64,000 nucleotides of DNA from Callorhinchus milii (Eukaryota): contig NW_024704743.1 in assembly GCF_018977255.1 (NCBI RefSeq), forward strand, positions 58,840,001 to 58,904,000. The letters are read 5' to 3'. The first letter of the stretch is position 1. Each line of letters begins with the position of its first letter. The notes below the pieces were generated by a model that had not been told where the DNA came from, did not search any database, and saw nothing but the letters and a program-made list of their open reading frames with translations. This document shows, one piece after another, positions 63,255 to 64,000 of the stretch. Position numbers and translations under genes: made by a program.

Positions 63255-64000
63255 CAATAACAACAATATTACATTTGTATAGTGCCTTTCATGTCGGGAG
63301 GACGTCCCAAGGTGCTGAACAGTCAGTGTTTCGGACCTGAGCTGTGGGTCGGGATAGGGGAGGGTTGAGAGCAGAGGGGCAAGCAGGGTGATCGAAGGCA
63401 CGGTCGAAGATGAGGGTCTTGAGACAGGTCTTGAAGAGGCAAGGGAGCGGGTGAGGCAGAGGACTGCTGGATGGAGCTCCAGAGGGTGCAGAAGGCCTGC
63501 ACACCAATGGTGAGGCGGGCAAGGGGGAGACGTGAAGCAGGCCGGAGCCCGCTGAGTGGAGGGAGCGAGCAGGATGGTAGGGGAGGTCGCAGAGGTAGGG
63601 GAGAGCAAGGCCATGGAGGGCTTTGAAGGTGAGGAGCAGGATCTTCTTGAACTGTATCCTCTGTGTGATGGGAAGCCAGTGGAGTCGGGTGAGGATGGCG
63701 GTGATAGCATCACAGAGCCTGGTGCGAGAGGGAACACGGGCTGAATAGTTTTGGATGATCCTCAGCCTATGGAGGGAGGAGTTGGGGAGGCCGACAAGCA
63801 AGGAGTTTCCGTAGTGAAGGTTCGATGTTATGAATGTATGAATGAGAGTCTCGGTGGCCTGGACTGGTTCTGGACTGGCTTAGCAAGGTGGAGTGTGCAT
63901 CCATAGATGGTGATGCTGTCAGTGTCTGAGGTGTGGAGGCGCTGACGGGAGCCAATCAGGAGAGCCTCCATCTTGTTGATGCTCAACTGAAGAAAGTTAG
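63255..64000 (-). mobile_element. L2 LINE 3' portion, running off the window end
   Basis: Minus ORF 63289-63801 ([23 protein letters not shown]); reverse-complement L2 tail at about 63255-63320. Confidence 0.9.

Noticed and set aside
48838..64000. Next ICA1 exon (DKDDLLLL..EF..EW motif)
   Set aside because: Not found by eye; presumably beyond the window end. The exon upstream of 16787 was likewise not found.

Overview
Eukaryotic (vertebrate) genomic DNA, not prokaryotic. The window lies inside one large gene on the + strand, ICA1 (islet cell autoantigen 1 / ICA69). Six internal coding exons are visible: 16787-16912, 20248-20346, 41825-41928, 48172-48221, 48605-48661 and 48778-48837. All have GT-AG boundaries and compatible phases, and they encode the end of the arfaptin-homology (BAR) domain and the start of the acidic C-terminal region. 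No other ICA1 exon was found in the window. The introns are densely filled with retroelements: L2 LINE fragments (one about 2.8 kb with endonuclease and RT remnants), CR1 fragments, a decayed Vingi-like LINE, a young tRNA-Ala-headed Deu-domain SINE in two variants, older SacSINE1/AmnSINE1-like Deu-SINEs and AmnSINE2-like SINEs. This repertoire suggests a cartilaginous fish, probably a holocephalan (inference). Most ORF-track entries are LINE or microsatellite by-products. The most notable observations are: an unclassified TIR element with 6-bp NNATNN-type TSDs and a variable microsatellite module; an unclassified repeat ending in a GTCAG-N8-10-CTGAC palindrome whose spacer is flipped between copies; a shared, covarying SINE/L2 3' stem-loop with an apparent tail swap; a SINE tail supplying an exon's polypyrimidine tract; and many fold-back TE pairs in the pre-mRNA. 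I see no clear evidence of a new protein-coding system. Repeat family names are from recall of consensus motifs, not database searches, and repeat boundaries are approximate.
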